A stretch of DNA of 64,000 bases from Octopus sinensis (taxonomy: Eukaryota). Positions 12,946 to 24,566 of this stretch are shown here, piece after piece (the first letter of the stretch is position 1; every line of letters begins with the position of its first letter). A program made the position numbers and the translations under genes. Under the pieces are notes generated by a model. The model was not told the origin of the DNA and made no database searches. It worked only from the letters and a program-made list of their open reading frames with translations. Where the stretch lies: contig NC_043023.1 in the NCBI RefSeq assembly GCF_006345805.1, forward strand, positions 2,728,001-2,792,000, in the 5' to 3' direction.

Positions 12946-13393
12946 CTTACTCAGACAACTACTGTTTATGTGTAGTGGTTCAGTCCATTCTCACCAGCGG
13001 GTGTTGTACTCTCACATGACATCTAGATATTCTTATATATACCTAAATGATAAACTTCAGGAAAGTTTTACAAATTTTTACAGTTCCAGTGATATGCTTG
13101 GATCTGTAGTTTTCAAATCAGCTTTCTGCTTTCTAGGGTATGAGTTACATATCCCAGTGCCCCATAATTTTGTCAGTGAACAGGTCGCGGTCTCAAAGCA
13201 ACGAAAATGTTTTGACAAATTAAATTTAAATGTTGAAGTGAATCTAACGGTTTTTGTGTTTTTCTTAAATGGTTTATAAACACATTCCACGCTACAATTG
13301 TATTCAAATTCTTCCTGTAAGGAAGGAACTGATTTCTGACAATGATACAAAGCTCCATCATTGGAATGTAGATAACAGAAGCAAATACAAATG

Positions 13394-13645
13394 TTAAACT
13401 TGAGAAAAGTCTCGCATGTTTTTACTCTTCTTCTGTATTTTTATCATGCAAATCAGTTGGTTGATTTCTTTTTCTGAAAGTCCAGGTTTATCCAGACTGA
13501 CACTTAAGCATTTACCAAAAACCAAATGCTCCAATTATTATTGGTATAAATATAAATTTGTAATCTCCATATTGAAGCTGGAGGTTTCGAAACAGCTGTC
13601 CACAGTTACCTTCTCTCTCTTTGATTTTCATAGAGATATCCACAT
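13394..13645 (-). mobile_element. Degraded RLE-type (R2/R4/NeSL group) LINE C-terminus
   Basis: Minus translation VDISMKIKEREGNCGQLFRNLQLQYGDYKFIFIPIIIGAFGF / KCLSVSLDKPGLSEKEINQLI / CETFLKF*; matches the K..K..Y..L...PII.GA.G tail of the restriction-like endonuclease. Confidence 0.7.
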
Positions 13646-13995
13646 GTATGTATGTATGTGCCTATGGATGTATGTATATATGTATGTGTCTATGTATGTA
13701 TGTATGTATGTATGTATGCATGCATGCATGTATGCATGTATGTATGTATGTATGCATGTATGTATGCATGCATGTATGTATGTATGTATGTATGTATGTA
13801 TGTAGTATGTATGTTTGTATGTATGTATGCATGTATGCATGTATGCATGTATGTATGCATGTATGTATGTATGCATGTATGTATGCATGTATGTATGTAT
13901 GTATGTATGTATGCATGTATGTATGTATGCATGTATGTATGCATGTATGTATGTATGTATGTATGTATGTATGCATGCATGTATGCATGTATGCA
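13645..13995. repeat. (ATGT)n/(ATGC)n tetranucleotide microsatellite
   Basis: Direct. Confidence 0.95.
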
Positions 13996-13999
13996 CAAT

Positions 14000-14710
14000 G
14001 ATTATGGTGGTGGTGGTGGTGGTGGTGGTGGAGGTGGTGGTGGGGTTGATGGGGATTTCGAAGCTGATGATGATGATGATGGCTTATCTCATCTTAGCAG
14101 GAAATGTGAATAAATAATGATTTAAGAATAATTTCTCTGAATGCTTATTATTGAATATTTATAAATGGACACAGATGGAGGAAGTGGGGGGGGGGTGAGG
14201 TTTGGTAGTAGTGGTGGTGGTGGTGGTAGCGGTACTGGTGGTTGTCAATGAGAAATGATAGCAATGGTGTTAGTGTGGTGGTGGTGGTGGTGGAGGCAGT
14301 GATAGTGCTGGTTGTAGTGCTGGTGGTGGTGGTGGTGATATGGTGGTAGTAGTGGTAGTAAAGACACAGAAGTGTGGTAGTATTGTGCTAGTGGTGGTGG
14401 TGGTGATTGTTATGGTAATAATGGCAGTTGCAGTGGTCATGCTGTTGATGATGGTAGTTGAGATGGTGGTGGTATTGGTAGAAGTAGTTGTGGTGGGGGA
14501 TGGGCAGGCAGTGGGGGTAAATACAGTGGTATTGGTGTGATGGTGGTAGTTGTGGTAGTGTTGGTGGTGATGGTTGTGGTGGTGTGGTGGTTGTCGTCAT
14601 TGTTGTTGTCATGGTATTGCAAATGTGGTAGTGGTGGTGGTGATGGTAGTCATAGTGGTGTAGTGATGGTGAGTGTATTGATGAAGCTGTAGTGAAGGTG
14701 GTAGCAATCA
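14000..14710. repeat. (GGT)n-rich low-complexity tract
   Basis: Direct. Confidence 0.9.
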
Positions 14711-14764
14711 TAATAAAATAAATATATACAAATTATAAAAATAATAAAATAAAATATATGGCAC

Positions 14765-15105
14765 AGTGAATGCACATGGCTCAGTGGTTAGAGTGTCGAA
14801 CTCATGATCGTGAGGTTGTGAGTTCGAATCCTAGACTGGACTGCGTGTTGTGTTCTTGAGCAAGACACTTTATTTCATGTTGTTCCAATTCACTCAACTG
14901 TAGAAATGAATTGAGGTATCACTGGTGCCAAGCTGTATTGGCCCCTTTACCTTCCCCTTGGATAACATGGGTGACATGGAGAGGGGAGGTCGGTATGCAT
15001 GGCTGACTGCTGGTCTTCCATAAACAACTTTGCCCAGACTTGTGCCTGGGAGGGTAACTTTCTAGGTGCAATCCCATGGTCAGTCATGACTGAGGGGGCT
15101 CTCCT
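14765..15105 (+). mobile_element. tRNA-derived SINE with TGTTCTTGAGCAAGACAC core
   Basis: TGGCTCAGTGGTTAGAG (A box), GAGTTCGAATCC (B box); distinct 3' tail. Confidence 0.75.
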
Positions 15106-15354
15106 CCTATTATTTCTACTTTGTGAATTTTCACTTATCACGTGAGGTTTTGGAACGTAACACCCACGACCATCAAGGGATTACTGTAGTCCTTGAGTTG
15201 TGTGCACTTCCTCATGTCTGCAATGTAGATATTTTGAATTTTGCATTCATATAGAGTCTGACGAGCTGTCTACAGCTTTGGCTTTGTTGGTGTGAAACCT
15301 TGGGTAACTTTATATAAAATTTTGTTGTAAATGACTGCTAAATCCACAATTTTT

Positions 15355-15490
15355 TATTCTCTCTCTCTTTGTTTCCTTGTGTTCCTTTCTGATGAAGAGC
15401 TTAGGCTCGTAACATATACAACTTTCTCACATTGCTGAGTATCAAACTAATACGTCTGCTTGTTTATAAACCTGTCTTCGTCTTTTGTTT
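15355..15490 (+). mobile_element. Short HHR-bearing repeat, degenerate
   Basis: CTTT-CTGATGA-A-GAGC-TTAG-GCTC-GTAAC at 15385-15413; same family as 31330-31530 and 47160-47310. Confidence 0.65.
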
Positions 15491-15511
15491 TTCTGTAAAT
15501 ATCAACTATAC

Positions 15512-15543
<32 letters not shown>

Positions 15544-15739
15544 ATGACAGGCTTCTTTCAGTTTCCACCTGCTAAATTCACTCAGAAGGCTTTGGTTGGC
15601 CTGAGGCTACTCATTCAAGGGGTCATGCACTGGAACTGAACCCAGATCCACGTAGTTGGTAAGCAAGCTTCTTACCTCACACCCACAACTTGCACCTCTG
15701 TAGTAACACTGCTAAATAGTTATGTGTGTGTGTATATAT

Positions 15740-16370
15740 ATATATATATATAAATAATAATATTAGGGAATAAATCCAAATTTACAGGGAAAAATCAGAT
15801 TTAGGATTAAATCGATTTTATAGTAAAATATATAAATATTATTCGAGACAAAACCACTATTTTGCAAAACAAACAAGGAAAGACTTAATCAATACATAAA
15901 ATTTTAATAAATAGTCAAAAAACCGCCACTACAATCGTTTCTTGTCTTGATCGACAATCTTCAGGTGGACTTCCAATAATTCAGTGTCAAATTATGAATT
16001 GATTAAGTCTTTCCTTGTTTGTTTTGCAAATAGTGGTTTTGTCTCGATAATATTTTATATATATATAATATATAAATTGGAGATAAAACCACTATTATGC
16101 AACTCAAACAGTGATAGACATAAACCAGAACATAAATGACAAATAAGATATAATTTTATAAAACATATGACTTATATCTTGAGATCTAGTTATAGTTATA
16201 TGTTTTATAAAAATATATATTTGTGATTTATGTATTGGTTTATGTCTGTCACTGTTTGAGTTGCATAATAGTGGTTTTATCTCTAATTTATATTTTATAT
16301 ATTTTATTTGTGAATTGATTTAATATTAAATTGAATTTTTCCCTGTAAGTTTTGAGTTATACTCCCTAAT
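15740..16370. mobile_element. Composite fold-back element, TATTAGGGA...TCCCTAATA ends, two nested inverted-repeat modules
   Basis: Outer ~85-bp arms; module A ~15838-15900 / 15995-16055 around an HHR; module B ~16075-16170 / 16200-16290. Confidence 0.8.
15926..15968 (-). ncRNA. Minimal type-I hammerhead ribozyme, core intact
   Basis: CCAC-CTGAAGA-TTGTC-GATCAA-GACAA-GAAAC-GATT-GT-A-GTGG: 4-bp stem I, 5-bp stem II, 2-bp stem III, GUA site. Confidence 0.75.
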
Positions 16371-16391
16371 ATATAATATATATATATATAA

Positions 16392-16433
<42 letters not shown>

Positions 16434-16472
16434 TATATATATATAATAATATATATATAATATATAATATAT

Positions 16473-16521
<49 letters not shown>

Positions 16522-16649
16522 TGAGAGGTATTGGTGTCAAAAAAACCCAAAGGTGTCAGGTAATGCTGAGTAAGAGTTATGGACAGGCTATAGTTAAGAT
16601 CCAGGTTCGATAATGATACAAATGAAGAATCTAATGCATATATATAAAA

Positions 16650-16948
16650 AATTAACAGAATGAATAAAAAATCCAAGGCAGTGAATAGTTTACACAACAT
16701 TTATAAAGGGAAGGTCTTACAGCTGTTTCTGGGATATTTTATGTATCCCTTCATCTCACGTCTGTTTTCATTCCTCCACTTCACTCTGTATTTCATATCT
16801 TCTATAGAATAACTATTACTTAAACAATTTCTCGCCCAATCTCTGATGAATGTATATATAAAATATCCCAGAAACAGCTGTAAGACCTATTTATAAATGT
16901 TCTGAAAACTTTCCACAGCCTTGGATTTTTTATCTTACTCTGTTAATT
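16650..16948. mobile_element. Fold-back element with an HHR in each arm
   Basis: Arms 16650-16757 and 16843-16948; CTGATGA...TATCCCA-GAAAC-AGCT-GT-A-AGAC on + at 16843-16886, mirror on - at 16714-16757. Confidence 0.75.
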
Positions 16949-16972
16949 ATATATATATATGTATATATATAT

Positions 16973-17137
16973 AGGTGCAGGAGTTGCTGAGTGGTAAGAA
17001 ACTTGCTTCCCTACCACATGGTCCTGAGTTCAGCCCCACTGTGTGGCACCTTGGGCAAGTGTCTTCTGCTATAGCCACAGGCCGACCAAAGCCTTGCAAG
17101 TGGATTTGGTAGACGGATACTTAAAGAAACCCATTGT
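16973..17137 (+). mobile_element. SINE-A 5' module
   Basis: Head to GAAACCCATTG. Confidence 0.8.
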
Positions 17138-17147
17138 ATATTATCAT

Positions 17148-17400
17148 CATCATCATTATTTCGCATCTGCTTTCCATTCTGGCCAAGGTTTGATGGTTTG
17201 AGGACTGGCAAGCATGGGGTGTGGACCAGACTCTAAACTGTTCTGGCAAGGGCTCTACAGCTGGATGCCTTTCCTAATGCCAACCACTCCAAGTGTATTG
17301 AGGGTGCTTTTTACGTGCCACCAGCACGAGGGCCTGTCAGGCAGTACTGGCATCAACCATACTTTAATGGTGCTTTTTATGTGCCACCGGCAAGAGGGCT
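17148..17400 (-). mobile_element. SINE-B / RTE 3' end
   Basis: (CAT)n then GGATGCCTTTCCTAATGCCAACCACTCC. Confidence 0.75.
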
Positions 17401-17419
17401 GTCAGAGTGTAATTGCAAT

Positions 17420-17960
17420 GAGAAAAATGACATAAAACACCTCAGATGTGGTGTGCAAGAGAGATGACTGCACTGGTTTGGTCATGAGTTGCATATGGAT
17501 GAGAACAGTTGTGTGAAAAGTCCCACACCCTAGCAGTAGAGGGAACCTGTGGAAGAAGCAGACCAAGAAGACTTGGGATGAGGTGGTGAAGCACGACCTT
17601 CGAATGTTGGGCCTGATGGAAGTGATGACGTGCGACCAAGACCTTTGGAGATATGCTATGCTTGAGAAGACCCAGCAAGCCAAATGAGATTAACCGTGGC
17701 CTATGCCAGTGCAGCATAACTGGTCCATTTAAGAGTATCCTTCAATCATTGAGCTATAAACTGTGCTTCAGAAGACCTGCTCAGTCAAGTGAGGTCATTG
17801 TCATGTCCAATGCCACTTGACTGGCACCCATGCCAGTGGCACATAAAAAGCAGCATTCGAGCATGGTCAATGTCAGTCCCACCTGACTGGTTCCATGCCA
17901 GTGGCACGTAAAAAGTACTATTCGAGTGTTGCCATTGTCATTACCACCTGACTGGCTCCC
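17420..17960 (+). mobile_element. RTE-clade LINE 3' fragment (ORF C-terminus to 17687 plus 3' UTR)
   Basis: LHWFGHELHMDENSCVK/SHTLAVEGTCGRSRP/KTWDEVVKHDLRMLGLMEVMTCDQDLWRYAMLEKTQQAK*, frameshifted; tail resumes at 18250-18298. Confidence 0.85.
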
Positions 17961-18299
17961 GTGCCATATTATTTTATCATTTATTTATTTTTTATCTAGT
18001 TTCAGCTCACAAGCTGTGGCCATGCTGGGGCACCGCCATATATGTATATAATTATATATATGTATATGTGCGTATGCTTGTATGTCTGTGTTTGTCCCCC
18101 ACACCATCATCCCTGTAACATAGCTGTTTGGCAAAAGAGACTGATAGAATAAGTAGAATAGTAGAATAAGTGTTGCTCCAGCATGGCCACAGTCAAATGA
18201 CTGAAACAATTAAAAGAATAAATGAATATATACAGTATATATATATAGTCCAACCCATGCTAGCATGGAAAACGGACGTTAAACGATGATGATGATGAT

Positions 18300-18598
18300 C
18301 AACGTGATCACCGTGACCGACCAGGTTATCAGATGTTGCTACACATCGCTGGTCACAATGCGCTTCACATCGTTTTAGCCTTCAAATTACACCACCCCGC
18401 TGGTTAAGTGAGCAGGCCAACAGAAGAAAGAGTAAGAGAAAGTTGTGGTGAAAGAGTTCAGCAGGGATCGCCACCACCCCCTGCCAGAGCCTCAGGGAGC
18501 TTTAGGGTGTTTTCACTCAATAACCAATCACAAAGCCCGGTCTGGGAATCGAAACCGCGAGTCTGTTGCCCTAACCACTGGGCCATTGTGCCTCCACC
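18300..18598 (-). mobile_element. tRNA-derived SINE with GAGGCGCAATGGCCCAGTGG-type head
   Basis: Reverse complement of head also seen at 50128 and 48690. Confidence 0.75.
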
Positions 18599-18744
18599 AT
18601 ATATAAATATATACATATATATATATATATATATATGTTTATATATATATATGTTTATATATATGTATATATATGTTTATATATATGTATATATATGTTT
18701 ATATATATACATATATATGTATGTAACTATATGTATGTATGTAT

Positions 18745-19114
18745 AATGAGAAAACTGCTGTAAGTTAATGACGTGCGTTGCTTAATGTTGGACAATGAAA
18801 ACATGTAAGTTTGTGTAAGGAGAAGGACATAGGAAGAATAACATTGTCTTTTCTTGGATAAATGTTTCTTATTATGTGGAGACTTTGGTTACCATGGTGA
18901 CGAGGAAGCAAGACACTTGACAAAGAGATGCCGAGGAGAATTTTGGGTAAATGGATGCTTAATGGTTAGAAACAGAATGACAACAGTTGGTGTCTTTTTA
19001 TCTTTTACTTCTTTCACTGACTGCGGCCATGCTGGGGCACCACATTAAAGGGTTTAGCTGAACAAATTAACCCTAGGACTTTTTTGTGCATTATTATTTA
19101 AAAACTGATATTTA
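18745..19114 (+). repeat. Local inverted duplication, copy 1 (partner 23190-23560)
   Basis: Same ~370 bp in opposite orientation; near-identical ORF MDKCFLLCGDFGY in both. Confidence 0.9.
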
Positions 19115-19119
19115 GTCCT

Positions 19120-19492
19120 TTATTCTTTTACTCTTTTACTTCTTTCAGTCATGTGACTGTGGCCATGCTGGAGCACCGCCTTTAGTTGAGCAAATCGACC
19201 CTAGGACTTATTCTATGTAAGCCTAGTACTTATTCTATCGGTCCTTTTGCCGAACCGCTAAGTTACAGGGACGTCAACACACCGCATTGGTTGTCAAGCG
19301 ATTTTGGGGAACAAACATAGACACACAAATGTATACACACACACACACATATACATATATATACAATGGGCTTCTTTCAGTTTTCATCTACCAAATCCAA
19401 TCACAAGGCTTTGGTCAGCCCGAGGCTATAGCAGAAGAAACTTGACCAAAGTGCCACGCAGTGGGACTGAACCTGGAGCCATGTGGTTCGTA
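19120..19492 (-). mobile_element. SINE-A inserted into an older SINE-A
   Basis: Interrupts homology to 23100-23190. Confidence 0.8.
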
Positions 19493-19911
19493 CGCATTTG
19501 ATCATTCTTTACTGGACTGCTAAGTTACAGGGATGTAAATAAACCATCACTGGTCATCAAATTGTGGTGGACAAACACAAACACACAGTTTATATATGTA
19601 TATTTATTACAGACTTCTTTTAGTTTCCATGAACCAAATCCAATCACAAGGCTTTGGTCGGCTTAAAGCTGTAGTAGAAGACACATGTCCAAGGTGCCCC
19701 GCAGTGGGACTGAACCCATAACTAAATGGGTGAGAAGCAAGCTACTTACCCCACAGCTATGCCTACACCAGAATCTTCTAGAATATCACCAGGCTTAAAA
19801 ATGTAAGTACCACAGTCAATTGGTTTGAATAGAACCCTAAAAGATGGTGCCCCAGCATGGCCACAGTACAATGACTGAAACAAGTGGAAGATAGAAGTTA
19901 GAAGATACCCA

Positions 19912-20400
19912 TAGATGCAGGCATGGCTGTGTGGTAAGAAGCTTGCTTCACAACACATGGTTCCAGGTTCAGTCCCACTGCAAAGCACCTTGGTTTAGTG
20001 TCTTCTACTATAGCCTCAGGCTGACCAAAGTCTTGTGAGAGGATTTGGTAGATGGAAACTGAAAGAAGCCTTTTCTATGTATGTGGGTGTGTATATTTGT
20101 GTGTGTGTGTGTGTGTGTCTGTGTCCTCCCACATCGTTTGACAACCGATGTTGGTGTGTTTACATCCTCATAACTTAGCAGTTCAGCAGGAGATACTGGT
20201 AGAATAAGTACTAGGCTTACAAAGAATAAGTCTTGGGGTCAATTTGTTGGCTAAAACCCTTTAAGAAGTTTGCTTCCCAACCACATGATTCTGGGTTCAG
20301 TCCTACTGCATGGCACTTTGGCAAATCTCTTTTACTGTAACCCTGGGCCAACCAAAGCCTTGTGAGTAGATTTTGTAGGTGGAAACTGAAAGAAACCTGT
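19912..20400 (+). mobile_element. SINE-A plus adjacent 5' module
   Basis: Heads at 19912 and ~20265. Confidence 0.75.
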
Positions 20401-20430
20401 TGCGTAAATATATATATATATATATATATA

Positions 20431-20505
20431 TCTCTATACATATTTTACATTACTCGGTAGTCAAGATATCTTGACTACCGAGTAATGTAACATATTGTAT
20501 AGATA
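20431..20505. repeat. Palindrome centred on GATATC
   Basis: TTACATTACTCGGTAGTCAAGAT|ATCTTGACTACCGAGTAATGTAA, perfect 23-bp arms. Confidence 0.9.
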
Positions 20506-20647
20506 AATTTCCTCTATTTACATAATATTGAGGTCTCTTTTTTCTTTTGTTATCTTACCGTTTTATCAATATATATATATATATATATATATATAGGCAC
20601 ACACACATATACTTATATATACACACACACACACAATATATATATAT

Positions 20648-20903
20648 TAATTAGAGAAGAACCACCTTTTATCAATTCAACAATGAAATAACAATGATAT
20701 AATTAAATTATACCATATAAAAAATTAAATATACGATAAAAATATTTTATTTTTTTCTATATGGTATGATTTAATTATATCATTGTTGAATTGCTACATG
20801 GTGGTTCTTCTCTAAATCATATACATGTATTATATATTTGTGAAATTTGATTTAGTATTACTAAATTGAATTTTCCCTATAAGTTTGGAATAATATTCCC
20901 TAA

Positions 20904-20912
<9 letters not shown>
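20648..20912. mobile_element. Fold-back element, TCCCTAATA family
   Basis: TTAGAGAAGAACCACC / GGTGGTTCTTCTCTAA arms, then GAATTTTCCCTATAAG...TTCCCTAATA. Confidence 0.7.
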
Positions 20913-20934
<22 letters not shown>

Positions 20935-21216
20935 TTATTATATATATAATTATATATATATATATATGTTTGTATGTATGTATGTGCATGTGTGTGTGTT
21001 TGGTCTCCACACTATCACTTGAAAATCGGTGTAGGTTAATTTACATCCTTGTAACTTAGTGGTTCAGTAAAGAGATAGCAATAAAAAAATACCTGACCTC
21101 AACCAGGGTCCATATGGCGTTGGGGGTTCCATATAAGATTTTATTGCTAAAAGTTACATGCAACAAATTGTTTATACCTCTATGATACACAAAATATTTC
21201 AACAATTTTTTATATA

Positions 21217-21610
21217 GGTGCAAGTGTGGCTGTGTGCTAAGAAGCTTATTTACCAACCACATGGTTCTAGGTTCAGTCCCACTGTGTGGCATTTTGGGCA
21301 AGTGTCTTCTGATATAGCTTTGGGCTGACCAAGCCTTGTGAATGTTTTTGGTAGACAGAAACTGTAAGAAGCCCTTTCTATGTGTGTGTGTGTAATTCTA
21401 TGCCTGTGTTTGTCCCCCCATCATTACTTGACAACTGATGTTGGTGTGTTTACGTCCCCTGTAACCTAGTGGTTCAGCAAAAGAGACTGATACAATAAGT
21501 CCTAGGCTTACAAAGAATAAGTCCTTTGCTTGAATTGTTCAACTAAAATGCAGCGCTCCAGCATGGCCACAGTCAAATGACTGAAATGAGTAAAAAGATA
21601 AAAGAATGAA
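21217..21610 (+). mobile_element. SINE-A
   Basis: Full module set, diverged. Confidence 0.8.
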
Positions 21611-21799
21611 GAATTACTAATAATATTTAATTATAATTATGCAATGGGATTTTTAAATCATAGAATGGCTAAGGGGACCAGGAGAGAAAATTTGAATCAA
21701 AGGGGCCCAGGGGCCAAAAATGGTTGAGAAACACTGTTTTAAATAATAATGCAAAATAAATGAAGGTATTTCTTTAATTTTTTTAATTTATTTATTATA

Positions 21800-21918
21800 G
21801 TATAATCCAACATTGAGAGCTACTGTGTAGGGGAGATAATTCTTATTATATTTAAAAGTTCTTAAAAGGTATTTTCTATTATTAATATTTACCGTAACTC
21901 TCAATGTTGGATTATACA
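21800..21918. repeat. 24-bp inverted repeat (small MITE-like)
   Basis: GTATAATCCAACATTGAGAGCTAC vs GTAACTCTCAATGTTGGATTATAC. Confidence 0.7.
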
Positions 21919-22014
21919 ATTGCTTCATGTGGTGGCCATGTTTAATTTGCGGAGAGAAAATTACTATACAGATAAGTTAACATTTCCTTTTTACTAACAT
22001 TTCTTTTTCCTATT

Positions 22015-22522
22015 GACTGCATCCGTGCTAGCGGAATGCAAAGAGCACCATACGAGCGTGATCATTGACAGAGCGGCTAAGCAGCTTCTGTGCCAGTGGC
22101 ACATAAAAGGCAACATTTGAGTGTGATCGTTACCAGCGTCGCCTTACTGGCACTTGTGCTAGTAGGTGCCAAGAGCACCATCAGAGCGTGATCGTTGCCA
22201 GATTGGCTAATGGCTTCCATGCCGATGGCACGTAAAAGGGCACCATTTGAGCGTGATTGTTACCAACGTCACCCTTCTGGCACCTGTGCCGGTGGCATGT
22301 GTAAAAAGAGTTGAGCGAGGTCATTGCCAGTACCACCTGACTGGCACGTGAAAAGCACCCACTACACTCTCGGAGTGGTTGGCATTAGGAAGGGCATCCA
22401 GCTATAGAAACTCTACCAGATCAAGATTGGAGACTGGTACAGCCATCTGATTTGCCAGCCCTCGGTCAAAATTTTCCAACCCATGCCAGCATGGAAAGTG
22501 GATGTTTAATGATGATGATGAT
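22015..22522 (+). mobile_element. SINE-B / RTE 3' UTR with subrepeats
   Basis: GGCACGTAAAAG subrepeats, AGGAAGGGCATCCAGC, (GAT)n. Confidence 0.85.
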
Positions 22523-22984
22523 ACCATATTTCTGTTCATTATTTACTAAAGTAAAATTATTCTGACAACTTCTAGTTATATAATTTTAGTTTGTCATATC
22601 TTTATATAGGATGTAAATAGCAAAATAATTTCATATAATCTAGACCTGAAGATTGGCAATATAATTGTTTTAATATGGTATTGTATTTAGAGACCTAATT
22701 CAGCAATATCAGAGAATATGTTGTCATGAAACACACGTAGTCTATATAATGTAAAGTATATGATTTGGAATATGAATTGAAGGTATAATTTTGATAATTT
22801 TAATATTTAGTCCTATATGTACCTATCATGGATAATGTCGTTCAATAATGATTGAGTTACTTGAGGGTGATTCTGTCTCTTAAACCTATCTATATATATA
22901 TGTATATAATACAAGTACCCTTAAATCGAACTTCTCTCCTCTGTTGTCTTGGAAATAACTTCCCTATCATTAATATTGATATAT

Positions 22985-23169
22985 TGAGATGCTGAGTTAC
23001 AGGGATGTAAATAAACCAACACTGGTCATCAGGTTGTGACAGGGGTCAACAAAAAGATTATATACATATATGTATATATATATATATGTATATAATCTTT
23101 TTGTTTGACCCCTGTCACAACTTGATGACCAGTGTTGGTTCATTTACATCCCTGTAACTCAGCATCTCA
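22985..23169. repeat. Fold-back palindrome of a SINE-A fragment, ~87-nt arms, (TA)n centre
   Basis: TGAGATGCTGAGTTACAGGGATGT...GATTATATAC mirrored. Confidence 0.9.
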
Positions 23170-23189
23170 GTGGAAAGGAACCAATAGAA

Positions 23190-23560
23190 TAAATATCAGT
23201 TTTTAAATAATAATGCACAGAAAAAGTCCTGGGGTTAATTTCTTCAGCTAAGCCCTTGAATGTGGTGCCCCAGCATGGCCACAGTCAGTGAAAGAAGTAA
23301 AAGATAAAAAGACACCAACTGTCGTCATTCTGTTTCTAACCATTAAGCATCCATTTACCCAAAATTCTCCTCGGCATCTCTTTGTCAAGTGTCTTGCTTC
23401 CTCGTAACCATAGTAACCAAAGTCTCCACATAATAAGAAACATTTATCCAAGAAAAGACAATGTTATTCTTCCTATGTCCTCCTACTTATACAAACTTAC
23501 ATGTTTTCATTGTCCAACATTAAGCAACGCACGTCATTAACTTACAGCAGCTTTCTCATT
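23190..23560 (-). repeat. Local inverted duplication, copy 2
   Basis: Reverse complement of 18745-19114. Confidence 0.9.
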
Positions 23561-23927
23561 ACACACACACATACATACATACTTACATATATATAAACAT
23601 ATATATATATACAATATATATACAGTTAACTGTTTAGCTGTCTTAATACACATCTGTCTCAAAAACTGTCTTGCGATTATGTGAATAATTTCCTGTGTAT
23701 TCTTATATGATAGTAAAATTATAAAGTCTGTTTCGGTGTCTCTGTGTTTTAGGCAAAACTACGCATTAGCATTATGAAAAATTTCCATGTGTTTGAATGT
23801 GTATATGTGTATCTGTGTTCTTGCATATACATATGTATATATGCAAACATGTATCTCTCTCCCTCTCTTTCTACCGATATATATAAATATATATAAGTGT
23901 ATGTATATATATATGTGTGTGTGTGTG

Positions 23928-23966
<39 letters not shown>

Positions 23967-24531
23967 CGTGTGTGTGTGTTTGTTTGTATGTATATATGTG
24001 TGTGTGTGTATATATGTGTGTATATTTATACATTGCCCTCACCATTTGTTTTTGCTGTTTTGTTTTCATTGTTCTGTCTTTTACTATTTTTACTCTTTTA
24101 TTGTTCTCACTGTCCTGTTTTTGTTACCACTTTCACCCTCCGCAAAAAATCCCAAATCTTATTTAATTTGCTTTGCGGGAAGGACTGTTTCAACAAAGTC
24201 GCATCTTGTCCTTACCTTCGAAATGCAGAGTAGATGAAACAGGGACAACTGAAGAAGGGGAATATTCTTTATGTTGCATGTCTCGTTTCACTGTTTGTTT
24301 GATTTTTTTGTTGTTCGAAAGAAAGTTCGTTTTCTATGTTTCTGTTTCTCGTTGTGTTCAACGTTTTTTTGATGTCCTGTACCCATAGATGCATGTATAT
24401 ATACATATATATCTAGGTATGTACTTATATGTATGTATATATGCATATATTTATATATTATTTGTATATGTAAATGTATATATACATATACATGTGTATG
24501 TATATATCTATCTATCTATCTATCTATTAAC

Positions 24532-24566
<35 letters not shown>

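Noticed and set aside
13100-13330. Possible minus-strand exon after CCTTCCTTACAG acceptor
   Set aside because: Continues from a repeat also present at 11570-11650; peptides unrecognised; no good donor
15258-15285. CTGACGA-GCTG-TCTA-CAGC hammerhead-like half
   Set aside because: Followed by TTTGG, not GAAA
21640-21736. hAT-like right end GGTTGAGAAACACTG
   Set aside because: No left TIR or 8-bp TSD found
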